Below are positions 29,943 through 39,887 of a stretch of 64,000 nucleotides of DNA, in pieces. The stretch is from assembly GCA_035995545.1 (NCBI GenBank), contig DASYKI010000016.1, positions 664,599-728,598 on the forward strand, given 5' to 3'. The notes below the pieces were generated by a model. The model had not been told where the DNA came from, searched no databases, and saw nothing but the letters and a program-made list of their open reading frames with translations. The position numbers and the translations under genes are program-made. This stretch comes from Candidatus Dormiibacterota bacterium (GTDB lineage Bacteria; Chloroflexota; Dormibacteria; Aeolococcales; Aeolococcaceae). The stretch's first letter is position 1; each line of letters starts with the position of its first letter.

Positions 29943-31541
29943 ATGCCGGTCGTGATCGACGCCGTCGAGCTGGAGGTGCTCTGGGGCAACCTGGTCAACA
30001 CCGTCAACGAGCAGGCGCGGGCCCTGCAGCGCGCCGCCTTCAGCCCCATCGTCCGCGAGGCGGGCGACCTGGCCAACGCGCTCTTCGACCAGCGCGGCCG
30101 CATGGTCGCCCAGGCGGTCACCGGCACGCCCGGCCACATCAACTCGCTGGCCATGGCGGCGCGCGAGATCCTCGCCGAGTATCCGCCGCAGGCGCTCGAA
30201 CCGGGGGATGTTCTGGTCACCAATGACCCGTACAAGACGGCCGGGCAGCTCCTCGACGTCACCGTGCTGACACCGGTGTGGCGCCAGCAGCGGATCATCG
30301 GCTTCTTCGGCTCGACCATCCATCACACCGATGTCGGCGGCTACGGGATCGGCGCGGGTGCTCGCGATGTGTTCGAGGAGGGCCTCTGGATCCCCATCAC
30401 CCGGCTGATGGTGGGCGGGCAACGCAACGTCGAGGCGTGGAAGTTCATCCTCGCCAACGTCCGCGAGCCCGACCACATGGCCGGAGACCTGCACGCGCAG
30501 ATGGCCTCCGCCGAGGTCGGTGCCCAGCGCCTGAACGCCCTCTGCGACGCGCGCGGTCTCGACGACATCGAGGCGCTCGCGGACGAGGTGATCCGCCGCT
30601 CCGAGGAGGCGACTCGCGCCGCCATCCGCCGCCTTCCCGCCGGGACCTACGAGGCGGAGTCGACGCTGGACCTTGCCGACGGCTCGGAGATCGTCATCCA
30701 CGTCGCGGTCACCGTCGACACCGAGAAGGGCGAGATCGCCGTCGACTACGCCGGCTCGTCACCGGCCAGCCCCTTCGGCATCAACGTGGTCAAGAACTAC
30801 ACCCAGGCGTACACCACCTTCACCATCCGCAGCGTCCTCAACCCCGAGGTGCCCAACAACACCGGCAGCCTGGCGCCGATCGTCGTCGACGCGCCCGCGG
30901 GCAGCATCGTCAACGCGCAGCTCCCGGCGCCGTGCACCGCGCGCCACGTGGTGGGCATGTTCCTGCCCATGCCGCTCCTCCAGGCGCTGAGCCGGTTCCT
31001 GCCCGAGGCGGTCATGGCCGAGGGGGCCGCGGCGGTCTGGACCATGCAGGTGCACGGCCACCGGCACGACGGCAGGCCCTTCGTCACCTCGATGTTCAAC
31101 TACGCCGGCGGAACCGGTGCGCGGGCGCACAAGCCCGGGCTGTCCGCCACCGCCTATCCCACCGGGGTCGCGGCGGTGCCGGTCGAGGTCGTCGAGGCGT
31201 CGGCTCCGCTGCTGTTCCTGCGCAAGGAGCTGCGCGAGGACTCCGGGGGTGTGGGACGCAGCCGGGGCGGCATGGGACAGGTGATCGAATTCACCGTCGA
31301 CACCGGCCGGCCCTGGATGCTCAACGCCGTCACCAGCAGGCTGCGCCACGGCCCGGCCGGGCTGTTCGGCGGCGGCCCCGGTGCGGTGGGCCGCTTCGTG
31401 GTCAACGGCGAGCCGGTGACCACGCAGCGCCGCATCGACCTGGAGTCCGGCGACCTGGTCCGCCTCGAGCTGCCCGGTGGCGGCGGCTACGGAGAACCGC
31501 TGCCCGCCGGTGCGGCCGGTGCCGGGAGCGCGGATGGATGA
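29943..31541 (+). CDS. hyuB: hydantoinase B/oxoprolinase family protein
   Basis: 532 aa; typical N-terminus (DAVELEVLWGNLVNTVNEQARALQRAAFSPIVREAGD) and LVTNDPY-type segments; directly follows hyuA. Confidence 0.85.
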   Translation: MPVVIDAVELEVLWGNLVNTVNEQARALQRAAFSPIVREAGDLANALFDQRGRMVAQAVTGTPGHINSLAMAAREILAEYPPQALEPGDVLVTNDPYKTAGQLLDVTVLTPVWRQQRIIGFFGSTIHHTDVGGYGIGAGARDVFEEGLWIPITRLMVGGQRNVEAWKFILANVREPDHMAGDLHAQMASAEVGAQRLNALCDARGLDDIEALADEVIRRSEEATRAAIRRLPAGTYEAESTLDLADGSEIVIHVAVTVDTEKGEIAVDYAGSSPASPFGINVVKNYTQAYTTFTIRSVLNPEVPNNTGSLAPIVVDAPAGSIVNAQLPAPCTARHVVGMFLPMPLLQALSRFLPEAVMAEGAAAVWTMQVHGHRHDGRPFVTSMFNYAGGTGARAHKPGLSATAYPTGVAAVPVEVVEASAPLLFLRKELREDSGGVGRSRGGMGQVIEFTVDTGRPWMLNAVTSRLRHGPAGLFGGGPGAVGRFVVNGEPVTTQRRIDLESGDLVRLELPGGGGYGEPLPAGAAGAGSADG

Positions 31542-33067
31542 CCGCCCCGGCCGGCACGCTGGCGGGTCGCTGGCAGCGCGCCGTCGCCGCCGTCCCCCTG
31601 CGCACCTTCCTGGTCTGGGAGGGATCTGACGCCGCCCTGCACTCCTGGACCTACGCGCGTTTCGACGCGCTGGTGGAGGAGGTCGCCGCGGGGCTGGCGG
31701 CGCGCGGTGTCGTCGCCGGGATGCGCGTCCACGTCGTCCTGGCCAACTCGCCGGCGTTCGTGGCCACCTGGCTGGCCGTGGCCAGGATGGGCGCGTGCAT
31801 GGTGCCGTCCGACCCGCGCTCGTCGCCGGTCGAGCTGGGCGTCCACGCCGCCCGGACGGCACCGGCGGTGGCCGTGGTCGGCCGCGGCAGCGCGGATGCG
31901 TACGCCGCGGGGGTCGCGGCCGGTGGGCCGGACGTGGTCGTCGTCGACGAGGACGACGTCGAGCTGACGCCGCTGCGCCGTCGCGCCGCCGCGCCCTCGC
32001 CGTCGCACCCTGTGCGGCCACGCGATCCCTGCGCCATCCTCTTCACCTCGGGCACCACCGCGGCGCCCAAGGGAGTTGTGGTCACACAGGGCAATTACGC
32101 GTTCGCCGGCGACGTCATGGCCGCCGCGGCCGGGCTCGGGGCCGCGGATCGCTACATCGTCGTGCTGCCGCTCTTCCACGCCAACGCCCAGTACTACGCG
32201 TTCGCGCCGGCGATCAGCGTGGGCGCGTCGGTGGCCCTCGTGCATGCGTTCTCGGCGACAGCGTTCCTCACCCAGGCGGCCCGGCATCGGGCCACCCACG
32301 CCAGCCTCTTCGCGGCGCCGCTGCGGATGATCCTGGCGCGTGGCACGCCGTCCCGGCCGGTGCGCCTGCGCCACTGCTGGTATGCGCAGAACGTCACCGC
32401 CGACCAGTACGAGCAGATGGCGCTGCTCCTCGGCTGCCGGCCGCGCCAGCTCTACGGGATGACCGAGACGATTCCCGCCGTGCTCAGCAGTGGTCCGCTG
32501 TCACCGCGCCACGACAGCATGGGCGAGGTCACCTTGGGCTGCGACGTCGACCTGCACGACGCCGAGGGCCGCCCTGTGCGCGACGGCGACGCGGGCGAGA
32601 TCGTGGTGCGCGGCACTCGCGGTGGCACGCTGTTCGACGGCTACCTCGACGACGAGGCCACCACGCGGGAGAGCTTCGCGGGCGGTGTCTTCCGCACCGG
32701 CGACCGGGCCTTTCGCGACGGCGACGGCCGCCACTACTTCGCCGGCCGCCGCGGCGACATGCTCAAGGTGTCCGGCGAGAACGTCTCCGCCGTCGAGGTG
32801 GAGGCTGTGCTGGCCGCGCACCCGGGGGTCTTCGAGGCGGCGGTCACCGGCATGCCCGACGACGTGCGCGACGAGGTCCCGGTGGCCTGGGTGGTGCGCG
32901 CCACCGGCCACGAGTCCGTCGACGAGGAGTCGCTGCTGGGCTGGTGCGCCACCCGCCTGTCGCCGGCCAAGCGTCCCCGCGCCGTGCACTTCGTCGACGA
33001 GCTGCCGCGCACATCGGTGGGCAAGATTCGCAAGTTCCTGCTCAGTGTTCCCCGTGGCCCGCGGTAG
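31538..33067 (+). CDS. AMP-dependent synthetase/ligase (acyl-CoA ligase)
   Basis: ATG 31538 overlaps the hyuB stop (ATGA). Carries the AMP-binding motif ILFTSGTTAAPKGVV, and YGMTETIP, GEIVVRG, GDMLKVSGENVS and the final GKIRK lysine. Confidence 0.8.
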   Translation: MTAPAGTLAGRWQRAVAAVPLRTFLVWEGSDAALHSWTYARFDALVEEVAAGLAARGVVAGMRVHVVLANSPAFVATWLAVARMGACMVPSDPRSSPVELGVHAARTAPAVAVVGRGSADAYAAGVAAGGPDVVVVDEDDVELTPLRRRAAAPSPSHPVRPRDPCAILFTSGTTAAPKGVVVTQGNYAFAGDVMAAAAGLGAADRYIVVLPLFHANAQYYAFAPAISVGASVALVHAFSATAFLTQAARHRATHASLFAAPLRMILARGTPSRPVRLRHCWYAQNVTADQYEQMALLLGCRPRQLYGMTETIPAVLSSGPLSPRHDSMGEVTLGCDVDLHDAEGRPVRDGDAGEIVVRGTRGGTLFDGYLDDEATTRESFAGGVFRTGDRAFRDGDGRHYFAGRRGDMLKVSGENVSAVEVEAVLAAHPGVFEAAVTGMPDDVRDEVPVAWVVRATGHESVDEESLLGWCATRLSPAKRPRAVHFVDELPRTSVGKIRKFLLSVPRGPR

Positions 33068-33093
33068 ACCCGGCATGCCGCCCCGACGCCACG

Positions 33094-33123
33094 TTGTCAG
33101 ACCATCTGACTATCAGTTATGCT
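33094..33123 (+). promoter_or_regulatory. sigma70-like promoter (-35 TTGTCA, 18-bp spacer, -10 TATGCT) with palindrome GTCAGACC-A-TCTGAC in the spacer (candidate GntR autoregulatory operator) - P2, upstream of the GntR gene
   Basis: acgTTGTCAGACCATCTGACtatcagtTATGCTggcc read from the sequence, ~100 bp upstream of ATG 33220. Confidence 0.45.
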
Positions 33124-33219
33124 GGCCACGCTGGCCGGCACACCACGGCGGTGGCCCCGGCGGCGCTGGATTGGAGAGTTGGCGATGAATGCAAGCGTTG
33201 AACTCATCGAGGCGGCATC

Positions 33220-33939
33220 ATGACGATCGTAGCGGGTCACTTCGGGCCCGTCGACAGGCGCACCGTGTCCCAGGAGGTGCGGGACCGGCTCTTCGAAGCC
33301 ATCCGCTCTGGGGCGCTGCGGCCCGGCGCGGCACTGCCGTCGGAGCGCTCGCTGTGCGACGACTTCGGCGTGGCCAGGACGTCGGTGCGTGAGGCCATCC
33401 AGGGCCTGGTCTCCCTCGGCCTGCTGGAACGGCGCAGCAACCGGACCTACGTGGCCGAGCTGCTGCCCGACCTCCCGGTCTCCGCCGCCGACAACCGCAA
33501 GGTCAAGGTCTCCGAGCTGTTCGAGGTCCGCGAGGCCATCGAGGTGCCGATGGTGCGCCTCACCGCCGCGCGGGCCAGCGACCGCCAGCGCGCCGAGATC
33601 GCCGAGCTGGCGGGCCGCTTCTCGCCGCGCATGGCGGTCGAGGACTTCCGCCGGCAGGATTACGAGTTCCACTCCAAGCTGGCCGCCGCCTGCGGCAACG
33701 ACCTGCTCGCCGAGCTGTACGGCAAGGTGCTCGATCGACTCTTCCACGCCAACGAGTTCTCGTCACTTCTGACGGCAACGGTCAACCGCCGCGCGGTGCG
33801 GCAGATCATCCGCGACTCGGTGGCCAGCCATCAGGCGATTGCCGACGCGGTGATGCGCCGATCCGCAGCCGATGTCACCGCGTCGGTGGAGGCCCATCTC
33901 GCCCAGGTCGAGTCGCAGCTCAACGCCGAGCTGATATGA
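33220..33939 (+). CDS. GntR-family transcriptional regulator, FadR/FCD subfamily
   Basis: N-terminal winged HTH (LPSERSLCDDFGVARTSVREAIQGLVSLGLLERR) plus an all-alpha C-terminal FCD-like domain. Confidence 0.8.
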   Translation: MTIVAGHFGPVDRRTVSQEVRDRLFEAIRSGALRPGAALPSERSLCDDFGVARTSVREAIQGLVSLGLLERRSNRTYVAELLPDLPVSAADNRKVKVSELFEVREAIEVPMVRLTAARASDRQRAEIAELAGRFSPRMAVEDFRRQDYEFHSKLAAACGNDLLAELYGKVLDRLFHANEFSSLLTATVNRRAVRQIIRDSVASHQAIADAVMRRSAADVTASVEAHLAQVESQLNAELI

Positions 33940-34018
33940 GCGGTCCGTGACCCGCGGGTCCGACCAGGGCCGGCTGCGGCCGGCACCGTCGTCCGTGGGC
34001 GCGGGCAAGCAGCGTCGC

Positions 34019-34777
34019 ATGCGGCGGCTCTTCCGCGAGGACGGCCGCACCCTCATGGTCGCCCTCGACCATGCCCTGGTGACCGGGCGCGGGCCCGGCT
34101 ATGCGCGCGAGGTGGCCGCGGTCGCGGCCGCGCGCCCCGACGCCGTCCTGGTCACCTGGCACATGGCCCGCTCCGGTGCCGGCCTATTCGCGCAGTCCGG
34201 CCTGGTGCTCCGCCTCGACGGTGGCATGACCGACCTGGGCACCGGCCAGGCCGGCGACGTCAGCGCCACCCTGTACAGCGTCGAGGACGCCCTGGCGATG
34301 GGAGCTGACGCGGTGATCGTGCTGGCCTACCCGGGGCGGCACGACGAGCACCACTCCCTGCGCCGCCTCGCCGCACTGTGCGCGCGCTGCGAGCAGTTCG
34401 GACTCCCCGTCGTCGCCGAGGCGATCCCCGGCGGCTGGGGCCAGGAGATTCCCTGGACCGTCGACTCGGTCGCGCGCGCGGCGAGGATCACCGCGGAGCT
34501 CGGCGCCGACGTGGTCAAGACCATCTGCCCCGGCGAGCCGTCCGACTTCGCCGCGGTCGTCGAGGCGTGCCCGGTCCCGGTGGTCGCCCTGGGCGGCCCA
34601 CCCGTCGAGTCCGAGGACGCGGTGATCGAGCTGGCGCGCGGCGTGGTCCGCGCCGGCGCCGCCGGCATCGCCTTCGGCCGCAACGTCTGGGGCGCCGCCG
34701 ACCCCGCGACGATGGTGCGCCGCCTCGAGGAGGCGGTCCACTGCGATGGCTCTGCCGCCGCCGTCGACCATGGCTAG
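34019..34777 (+). CDS. class I aldolase of the DhnA/FbaB (DeoC/LacD-like) family
   Basis: Begins MRRLFREDGRTLMVALDHAL.. with a Schiff-base-lysine-type region (ADVVKT). The exact substrate is unknown. Confidence 0.6.
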   Translation: MRRLFREDGRTLMVALDHALVTGRGPGYAREVAAVAAARPDAVLVTWHMARSGAGLFAQSGLVLRLDGGMTDLGTGQAGDVSATLYSVEDALAMGADAVIVLAYPGRHDEHHSLRRLAALCARCEQFGLPVVAEAIPGGWGQEIPWTVDSVARAARITAELGADVVKTICPGEPSDFAAVVEACPVPVVALGGPPVESEDAVIELARGVVRAGAAGIAFGRNVWGAADPATMVRRLEEAVHCDGSAAAVDHG

Positions 34778-35819
34778 CGCGATGCGCCACCGCCCCCTGG
34801 GCAGAAGCGGGCTGCAGGTCAGCAGCATGGCCCTGGGCACGATGATGTTCGGCGCCTGGGCGAACAGGGATCGCGCCGATTGCATTCGCATCATCCACGC
34901 GGCGCTCGACGCCGGCATCAACCTCGTCGACACCGCCGACGTGTACTCGAACGGCGAGGCCGAGGAGATCGTCGGCGAGGCGCTGGCCGGGCGTCGTGAC
35001 GACGTGCTCGTCGCCACCAAGCTGCACGCGCCGATGGGCGACGACGTCAACCGCCGCGGCGGCTCGCGGCGGTGGATCATCCGCGCCTGCGAGGAGAGCC
35101 TGCGCCGCCTGCGCACCGACTGGATCGACATCTACCAGCTGCACCGCCCGGATCCCGGCTGCGACCTCGACGAGACGCTGTCGGCGCTGTCCGACCTGGT
35201 CCACCAGGGCAAGGTGCGGCTGATCGGCTCGTCGACGTTCCAGGCGGAGGAGATCGTCGAGGCGCTGTGGATGTCCGATGCGCGCGGCCACGTGCGGCTG
35301 CGCAGCGAGCAGGCCCCCTACAGCCTGCTCACCCGCGGCGCCGAGACGGCGGTGCTGCCGACCTGCGCGCGCCACGGCATGGGCGTCATCACCTACGCGC
35401 CGCTGGGCGGCGGGTGGCTGAGCGGACGCTACCGCCGAGGCGAGGCGCTGCAGGCCTCGCCGCGCACGGCGACGTTCCTGGCCCAGTTCGACCCGGCGCT
35501 GCCGCACAACGCGCGCAAGCTCGACGCCATCGAGCAGCTCGCCGGCATCGCCGATGCCCGGGGCATCTCGCTGATGCACCTCAGCCTGGCGTTCGCGGCC
35601 AGCCACCCGGCGGTCAGCTCGATGATCCTCGGCCCGCGCACCCTGGAGCAGCTGCAGGGCCAGCTGCCGGCGCTCGACGTGCAGCTCGACGGGGCGGTGC
35701 TCGACGCCATCGACGCCGTCATCCCGCCGGGCACCACGGTGGATCCGCGCGACGCCGGCTACGCGATCGGGGACAGCTCCGGCATGTGGCACCTGCGCGC
35801 GATCGGGCGGGCCTCGTGA
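34770..35819 (+). CDS. aldo/keto reductase
   Basis: Carries AKR motifs MRHRPLGRSGLQVSSMALGTMMFG, INLVDTADVY and the catalytic tetrad context. The start ATG overlaps the aldolase stop. Confidence 0.8.
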   Translation: MASAMRHRPLGRSGLQVSSMALGTMMFGAWANRDRADCIRIIHAALDAGINLVDTADVYSNGEAEEIVGEALAGRRDDVLVATKLHAPMGDDVNRRGGSRRWIIRACEESLRRLRTDWIDIYQLHRPDPGCDLDETLSALSDLVHQGKVRLIGSSTFQAEEIVEALWMSDARGHVRLRSEQAPYSLLTRGAETAVLPTCARHGMGVITYAPLGGGWLSGRYRRGEALQASPRTATFLAQFDPALPHNARKLDAIEQLAGIADARGISLMHLSLAFAASHPAVSSMILGPRTLEQLQGQLPALDVQLDGAVLDAIDAVIPPGTTVDPRDAGYAIGDSSGMWHLRAIGRAS

Positions 35820-36853
35820 GCGGGACGGGCAGCAGCCGGGTGGCCGTGATCACCGGGCCGGGCGAGGTGGAGCTTCGCGAGGAGCCCTCCACGGCCGCGC
35901 TGGGCCTCGACGAGGTGCTGGTGGCGGTCGCGGCCTGCGGCATCTGCACCATGGAGCGCCGGCTCTTCCTCGGCGAGAAGCCGATGTACCCGATCGCGCC
36001 GGGCCACGAGGTGAGCGGCCACATCGTCGCCCGGGGCGAGGCGGTGGCCGCCATCCCCGGTGCCCCCGAGGTGGGCGACCAGGTGGCCATCGACTTCTTC
36101 GTGCGCTGCGGGGTGTGCGCGCCCTGCCGCCGGGGGCGCAGCGCGGTCTGCCAGCACCCCCAGGGCGGGGCGCTGTCGGACGGGACTCTCGCGCTGGGCG
36201 GTGGCTTTGCCGACGTGCTGCGCGTCCGGGCGTCGCAGGTGTGGCCCTGCGGAGATGCACCGCGCGCCCACGCGACGATGGGCGAGCCGCTCGCCTGCGT
36301 GGCCCATTCCTTCCGCGCCGCCGGCTTCCAGGCGGGGGATCGCGTGGTCATCGTCGGCGGCGGCTACATGGGGCGCCTCCACCTCGCCGTCGCTCAGCTG
36401 CTGGGAGCGGTGTCGGCCGGCGTCGTCGACGTCGACCCGGAGCGGCGGGCTGCCGCAGCCACGGCGGGCGCCAGCTGGGTGGCCGCCCCCGACGCCCTCG
36501 CGGAGTGCCCGAGCAGCGACGTGGTGTTCGTCACCGCCGGGGCGCCCGGGGTGCTCGGGGCCGCCGTCGGGCTTGCCGCGGTGGGCGCCACCGTCGTCCT
36601 CTTCGGCGCGTTTCCCAAGGCCGACCGGCAAGCGGTGGCTCCGGACCACCTCCACCACGCCGAGCTCTCGCTGCGCGGCGTCTGCAACCACGAGCCGGAG
36701 GACTGGCGAACCGCCACCAGCTGGATCCGTGCCGGGGTGCTCGCCGCCGACCTCGACGCCCTGGTGTCGGCCAGCTTCGCGCTCGACGCCGTCCGCGACG
36801 CGCTGGTGCTGGCCACCACGACGCCGGTCTACCGCGTCCTGGTCGGCGGCTGA
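35816..36853 (+). CDS. zinc-binding alcohol dehydrogenase (MDR family)
   Basis: Starts at a GTG overlapping the AKR stop. Contains the MDR Zn site CGICTMERRLF..GHEVSGHIVA and structural-Zn cysteines C..C..C in FFVRCGVCAPCRRG. Confidence 0.7.
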   Translation: MSGTGSSRVAVITGPGEVELREEPSTAALGLDEVLVAVAACGICTMERRLFLGEKPMYPIAPGHEVSGHIVARGEAVAAIPGAPEVGDQVAIDFFVRCGVCAPCRRGRSAVCQHPQGGALSDGTLALGGGFADVLRVRASQVWPCGDAPRAHATMGEPLACVAHSFRAAGFQAGDRVVIVGGGYMGRLHLAVAQLLGAVSAGVVDVDPERRAAAATAGASWVAAPDALAECPSSDVVFVTAGAPGVLGAAVGLAAVGATVVLFGAFPKADRQAVAPDHLHHAELSLRGVCNHEPEDWRTATSWIRAGVLAADLDALVSASFALDAVRDALVLATTTPVYRVLVGG

Positions 36854-36858
36854 ACCAG

Positions 36859-37839
36859 GTGGCGCCGTCGGGGCCAGGACCGGCCGGCGAGGTGGACGGT
36901 CGCGTCGCCCGGATGCTGCCGGAGTGGTGCGAGGAGTGGCTCGGCTCACCCGTCGCCACGGTGCTGTTCGAGGCCGGCCACCTCTCCACGGTGGTGGGGG
37001 TGGAGCTGGCCGACGGCCGCCAGGTGGTGGTCAAGGTGCGCCCATGGGAGCCCCGCCTGCAGGCCTGCGACGCCGTGCATCGCCACCTCTGGGGGCTCGG
37101 CTTTCCCTGTCCGCGGCCGCTGGCCGAGCTCACCCGCGTGGCCGGCGAGGCCGTCAGCGCCGAGGCGCTGGTCCCCGGCGGAGACGAGCTGCCGTCCGGC
37201 GGCGGGACGGCCGAGCTGTTCGCCCGGCTGCTCGCCCGCCTCGTCGCCGCCGCTCCGCCGCCGGAGAGCCTCGCCAGCCTGGATCCGCCCGCCCCCTGGC
37301 TCTGGGGTGACCACCCCGGCACGGCCCTCTGGCCGCGCGCCGACGACACCGACGCCGACCTCAACGCGGCCACCGAGCCGGCCTGGCTGGACGAGATGGC
37401 GGCCGCGGTGCGGGCGCGGCTTCGCGCGTCGGCCCTGCCCGCGGTGGTGGGCCACGGCGACTGGCGGCGCTCCAACCTGCGCTGGAGCGGACCCCACCCC
37501 ATGGTCGTGCACGACTGGGACAGCGTGGTCGCGCTTCCCGAGCCGGTGATCGCCGGCGCGGCGGCGCTCTCCTTTCCCAACGACACCGACGCCACCACCG
37601 CGAGCGTCGCCGAGTGCGCGGTGTTCCTCGCCGCCTACGCCGCCGCCAGGAAACGCCCGTGGTCGCCGGCAGAGCTCGAGGTGTGCTGGGCGGCGGGCCT
37701 GTGGGTGTTCGCCTTCAACGCCAAGAAGGAGAGCCTGGCGGGCGCGGCCGGGGGCCCCATGGGCGAGCGTCTCCGCGGCGAGGCGGCCCAACGCCTGCGG
37801 CTGGCCGGATGCAGCCCGTCCCACCCGAGCCGGAGGTAG
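36859..37839 (+). CDS. phosphotransferase-family protein (APH/choline-kinase-like kinase fold)
   Basis: Brenner-motif-like VVGHGDWRRSNLRW and downstream VVHDWD; the N-terminus is uncertain, with a GTG at 36859 or an ATG near 36913. Confidence 0.5.
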   Translation: MAPSGPGPAGEVDGRVARMLPEWCEEWLGSPVATVLFEAGHLSTVVGVELADGRQVVVKVRPWEPRLQACDAVHRHLWGLGFPCPRPLAELTRVAGEAVSAEALVPGGDELPSGGGTAELFARLLARLVAAAPPPESLASLDPPAPWLWGDHPGTALWPRADDTDADLNAATEPAWLDEMAAAVRARLRASALPAVVGHGDWRRSNLRWSGPHPMVVHDWDSVVALPEPVIAGAAALSFPNDTDATTASVAECAVFLAAYAAARKRPWSPAELEVCWAAGLWVFAFNAKKESLAGAAGGPMGERLRGEAAQRLRLAGCSPSHPSRR

Positions 37840-37843
37840 CCCC

Positions 37844-38611
37844 ATGCCCGAGTTCACCGCATACCCGACGCACACCCCGGCGTGGGTGGACGTGGCCAGT
37901 GACGACGTCGCCGCGTCGGTCTCCTTCTACTCCGGGATGTTCGGCTGGGCTGCGCCCGCGACCGCGGACGCGGCGGGATACCGGCTGCTCACCCTGCGCG
38001 AGCGCGTCGTCGCCGGAATTCGGCCGCGGGTCGCCGGCGAGACCCGCCCGGTCTGGACGGTGGGCCTGGCCGTGGCGGAGCTGGGCGGCGAGTGCGAGCG
38101 CGTCCTGGCCGCGGGGGGCAGCGTGGTCGCGCCCTCGCTCGACGCCGCGGGTGCCGGCAGGCTGGCAGTGGTGCGCGACCCGGAGGGCGCGCCGTTCGGG
38201 CTGTGGCAGGCGGGCGCACTGCCCGGCGTCGAGCTGGCCAACGAGCCCGGCACGTGGTGCTGGAACGAGGTGCTGAGCGGCGACCTCGACGCGGCCATCG
38301 CCTTCTACGGCGGGCTCTTCGGCTGGAACGCCGAGCGGATGCCGCGCGAGGACGCCGTGTACTACGAGCTCAGACCGGCCGAGCGAGCCGTGACCGGCCT
38401 GATGCCGGTCGCCGACCGCTGGGCCACTCCCATGGCGCCGCACTGGGTCGTCTACTTCGTCGTCGAGAGCTGCGACGCCGCGGTGGCCAGGGCCGAGGCC
38501 CTGGGCGGCGAGGTGCTGGCGCCGGCGGTCGACGTGCCGGTGGGGCGCTTCGCCATCCTCGCCGACCCGGCCGGCGCCATGTTCGCGGTGGTGCAGTTCG
38601 CACCCGCTTGA
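37844..38611 (+). CDS. VOC-family protein with two glyoxalase-like domains
   Basis: Two repeats of the VDVASDDVAASVSFYSGMFGW / NEVLSGDLDAAIAFYGGLFGW module. Confidence 0.6.
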   Translation: MPEFTAYPTHTPAWVDVASDDVAASVSFYSGMFGWAAPATADAAGYRLLTLRERVVAGIRPRVAGETRPVWTVGLAVAELGGECERVLAAGGSVVAPSLDAAGAGRLAVVRDPEGAPFGLWQAGALPGVELANEPGTWCWNEVLSGDLDAAIAFYGGLFGWNAERMPREDAVYYELRPAERAVTGLMPVADRWATPMAPHWVVYFVVESCDAAVARAEALGGEVLAPAVDVPVGRFAILADPAGAMFAVVQFAPA

Positions 38612-38646
38612 CACCCCGCGGCCGGCTCGTCAGTATCGGTCAGACC
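38608..38646 (+). promoter_or_regulatory. sigma70-like promoter (-35 TTGACA, 17-bp spacer, -10 CAGTAT) followed by palindrome GGTCAGACC (candidate GntR operator) - P4, upstream of the VOC-SDR-HpcH unit
   Basis: cgcTTGACAccccgcggccggctcgtCAGTATcGGTCAGACCaactgttagacagt read from the sequence. Confidence 0.45.
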
Positions 38647-38709
38647 AACTGTTAGACAGTCCTTTGCCATCCGTGGAGACCAGCGCTGAACACCCTCGTC
38701 TTCGTCGAC

Positions 38710-39078
38710 ATGCCCGCCGCCGACCTCGACGCCGCCACCGCGTTCTACGAGCGCCTCTTCGGCTGGCAGATCAATCCGCGCCCGCGTGGGGAGTTCCACC
38801 AGATGGTGCCCGGCGAGGGCCTGCACCTCGGCCTCTTCTCCGAGACCGGCCAGCCGCCGGACCCCGATCCCGGTCCGCCCCCGCCGCGCAGCAGCAACCA
38901 GCCGCGCGTCTACATCCTGGTCGACTCGACGCCGGCCGACTACCTGGCGCGCGCCGTCGAACTCGGGGCCACGGTGGTGTGGGAACAGCAGTGGTGGAGC
39001 GAGTTCGACGGCCATCACGCCTCCTTCCGGGATCCCTGGGGCAACCAGATCGTGTTGTGGAACTACCGCGGCGAATGA
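38710..39078 (+). CDS. small VOC/glyoxalase-like protein
   Basis: MPAADLDAATAFYERLFGW..; no in-frame start lies upstream (stop at 38653), so the N-terminus is slightly short for the fold. Confidence 0.5.
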   Translation: MPAADLDAATAFYERLFGWQINPRPRGEFHQMVPGEGLHLGLFSETGQPPDPDPGPPPPRSSNQPRVYILVDSTPADYLARAVELGATVVWEQQWWSEFDGHHASFRDPWGNQIVLWNYRGE

Positions 39079-39875
39079 GCGCGCAGCTGCTCTCCGGCAA
39101 GGTCGCCCTGGTCACCGGGGCGGGCATGGGCATCGGGCGGGCCACCGCTGAGGCGTTCGCCGCGGCGGGCGCGCGCGTGGTCGTGTCCGACCTCGACGTG
39201 GCCGCCGCCGAGGTCGTGCGCCACGGCATCGAGTCGGCGTCGGGCACGGCCATCGCCTGCGCCTGTGACGTCACCTCGGCAGCCGACGCCGCTCGCGTGG
39301 TGGCGCGCACCGAGCGCGAGTACGGTGGGGTGGACATCGTTGTGGCCAATGCCGGCATCAACGTGTACGGCACGGTGGACAGCACCGACGAGGCCACCTG
39401 GGACCGCATCTACGCGGTCAACGTCAAGGGCGTCTACAACGCCGCGCACCACGGCATCCCGGCCCTGAAGCGGCGCGGCGGTGGCGCCTTCCTGGCCACG
39501 GCGTCCGACCAGGCCCTGCTTCCCCGGGCCGGCTCGGTCGCCTACAGCTCGGGCAAGGCGGCGGTGATCACCATGGTCAAGGTGATGGCCCTCGACCACG
39601 GTCCGGACAACATCCGGGTCAACTGCGTGTGCCCCGGCCCGACGCGCACGGCCATGGCCGCCCAGTCGATGGAGCGGTTCGGCGTCACCGAGGCGGATGT
39701 CGGGGTCAACGTGCCGCTGCAGCAGCGTTTCGCGGAGCCCGAGGAGGTGGCCAGCGTGCTGCTCTTCCTCGCCTCCGACATGGCCGCCTTCGTGACCGGC
39801 GAAGCCATCCTCGTCGACGGCGGCCACGCCGCCGGCGTGTTCACCGCCACCGCACCGCAGGCGCAGACCGCGTGA
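39075..39875 (+). CDS. SDR-family oxidoreductase
   Basis: VALVTGAGMGIGRA, NAG (VANAGI), YSSGKAAV (YxxxK); the ATG overlaps the previous stop. Confidence 0.8.
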   Translation: MSAQLLSGKVALVTGAGMGIGRATAEAFAAAGARVVVSDLDVAAAEVVRHGIESASGTAIACACDVTSAADAARVVARTEREYGGVDIVVANAGINVYGTVDSTDEATWDRIYAVNVKGVYNAAHHGIPALKRRGGGAFLATASDQALLPRAGSVAYSSGKAAVITMVKVMALDHGPDNIRVNCVCPGPTRTAMAAQSMERFGVTEADVGVNVPLQQRFAEPEEVASVLLFLASDMAAFVTGEAILVDGGHAAGVFTATAPQAQTA

Positions 39876-39887
39876 GCCGGGCGTGAG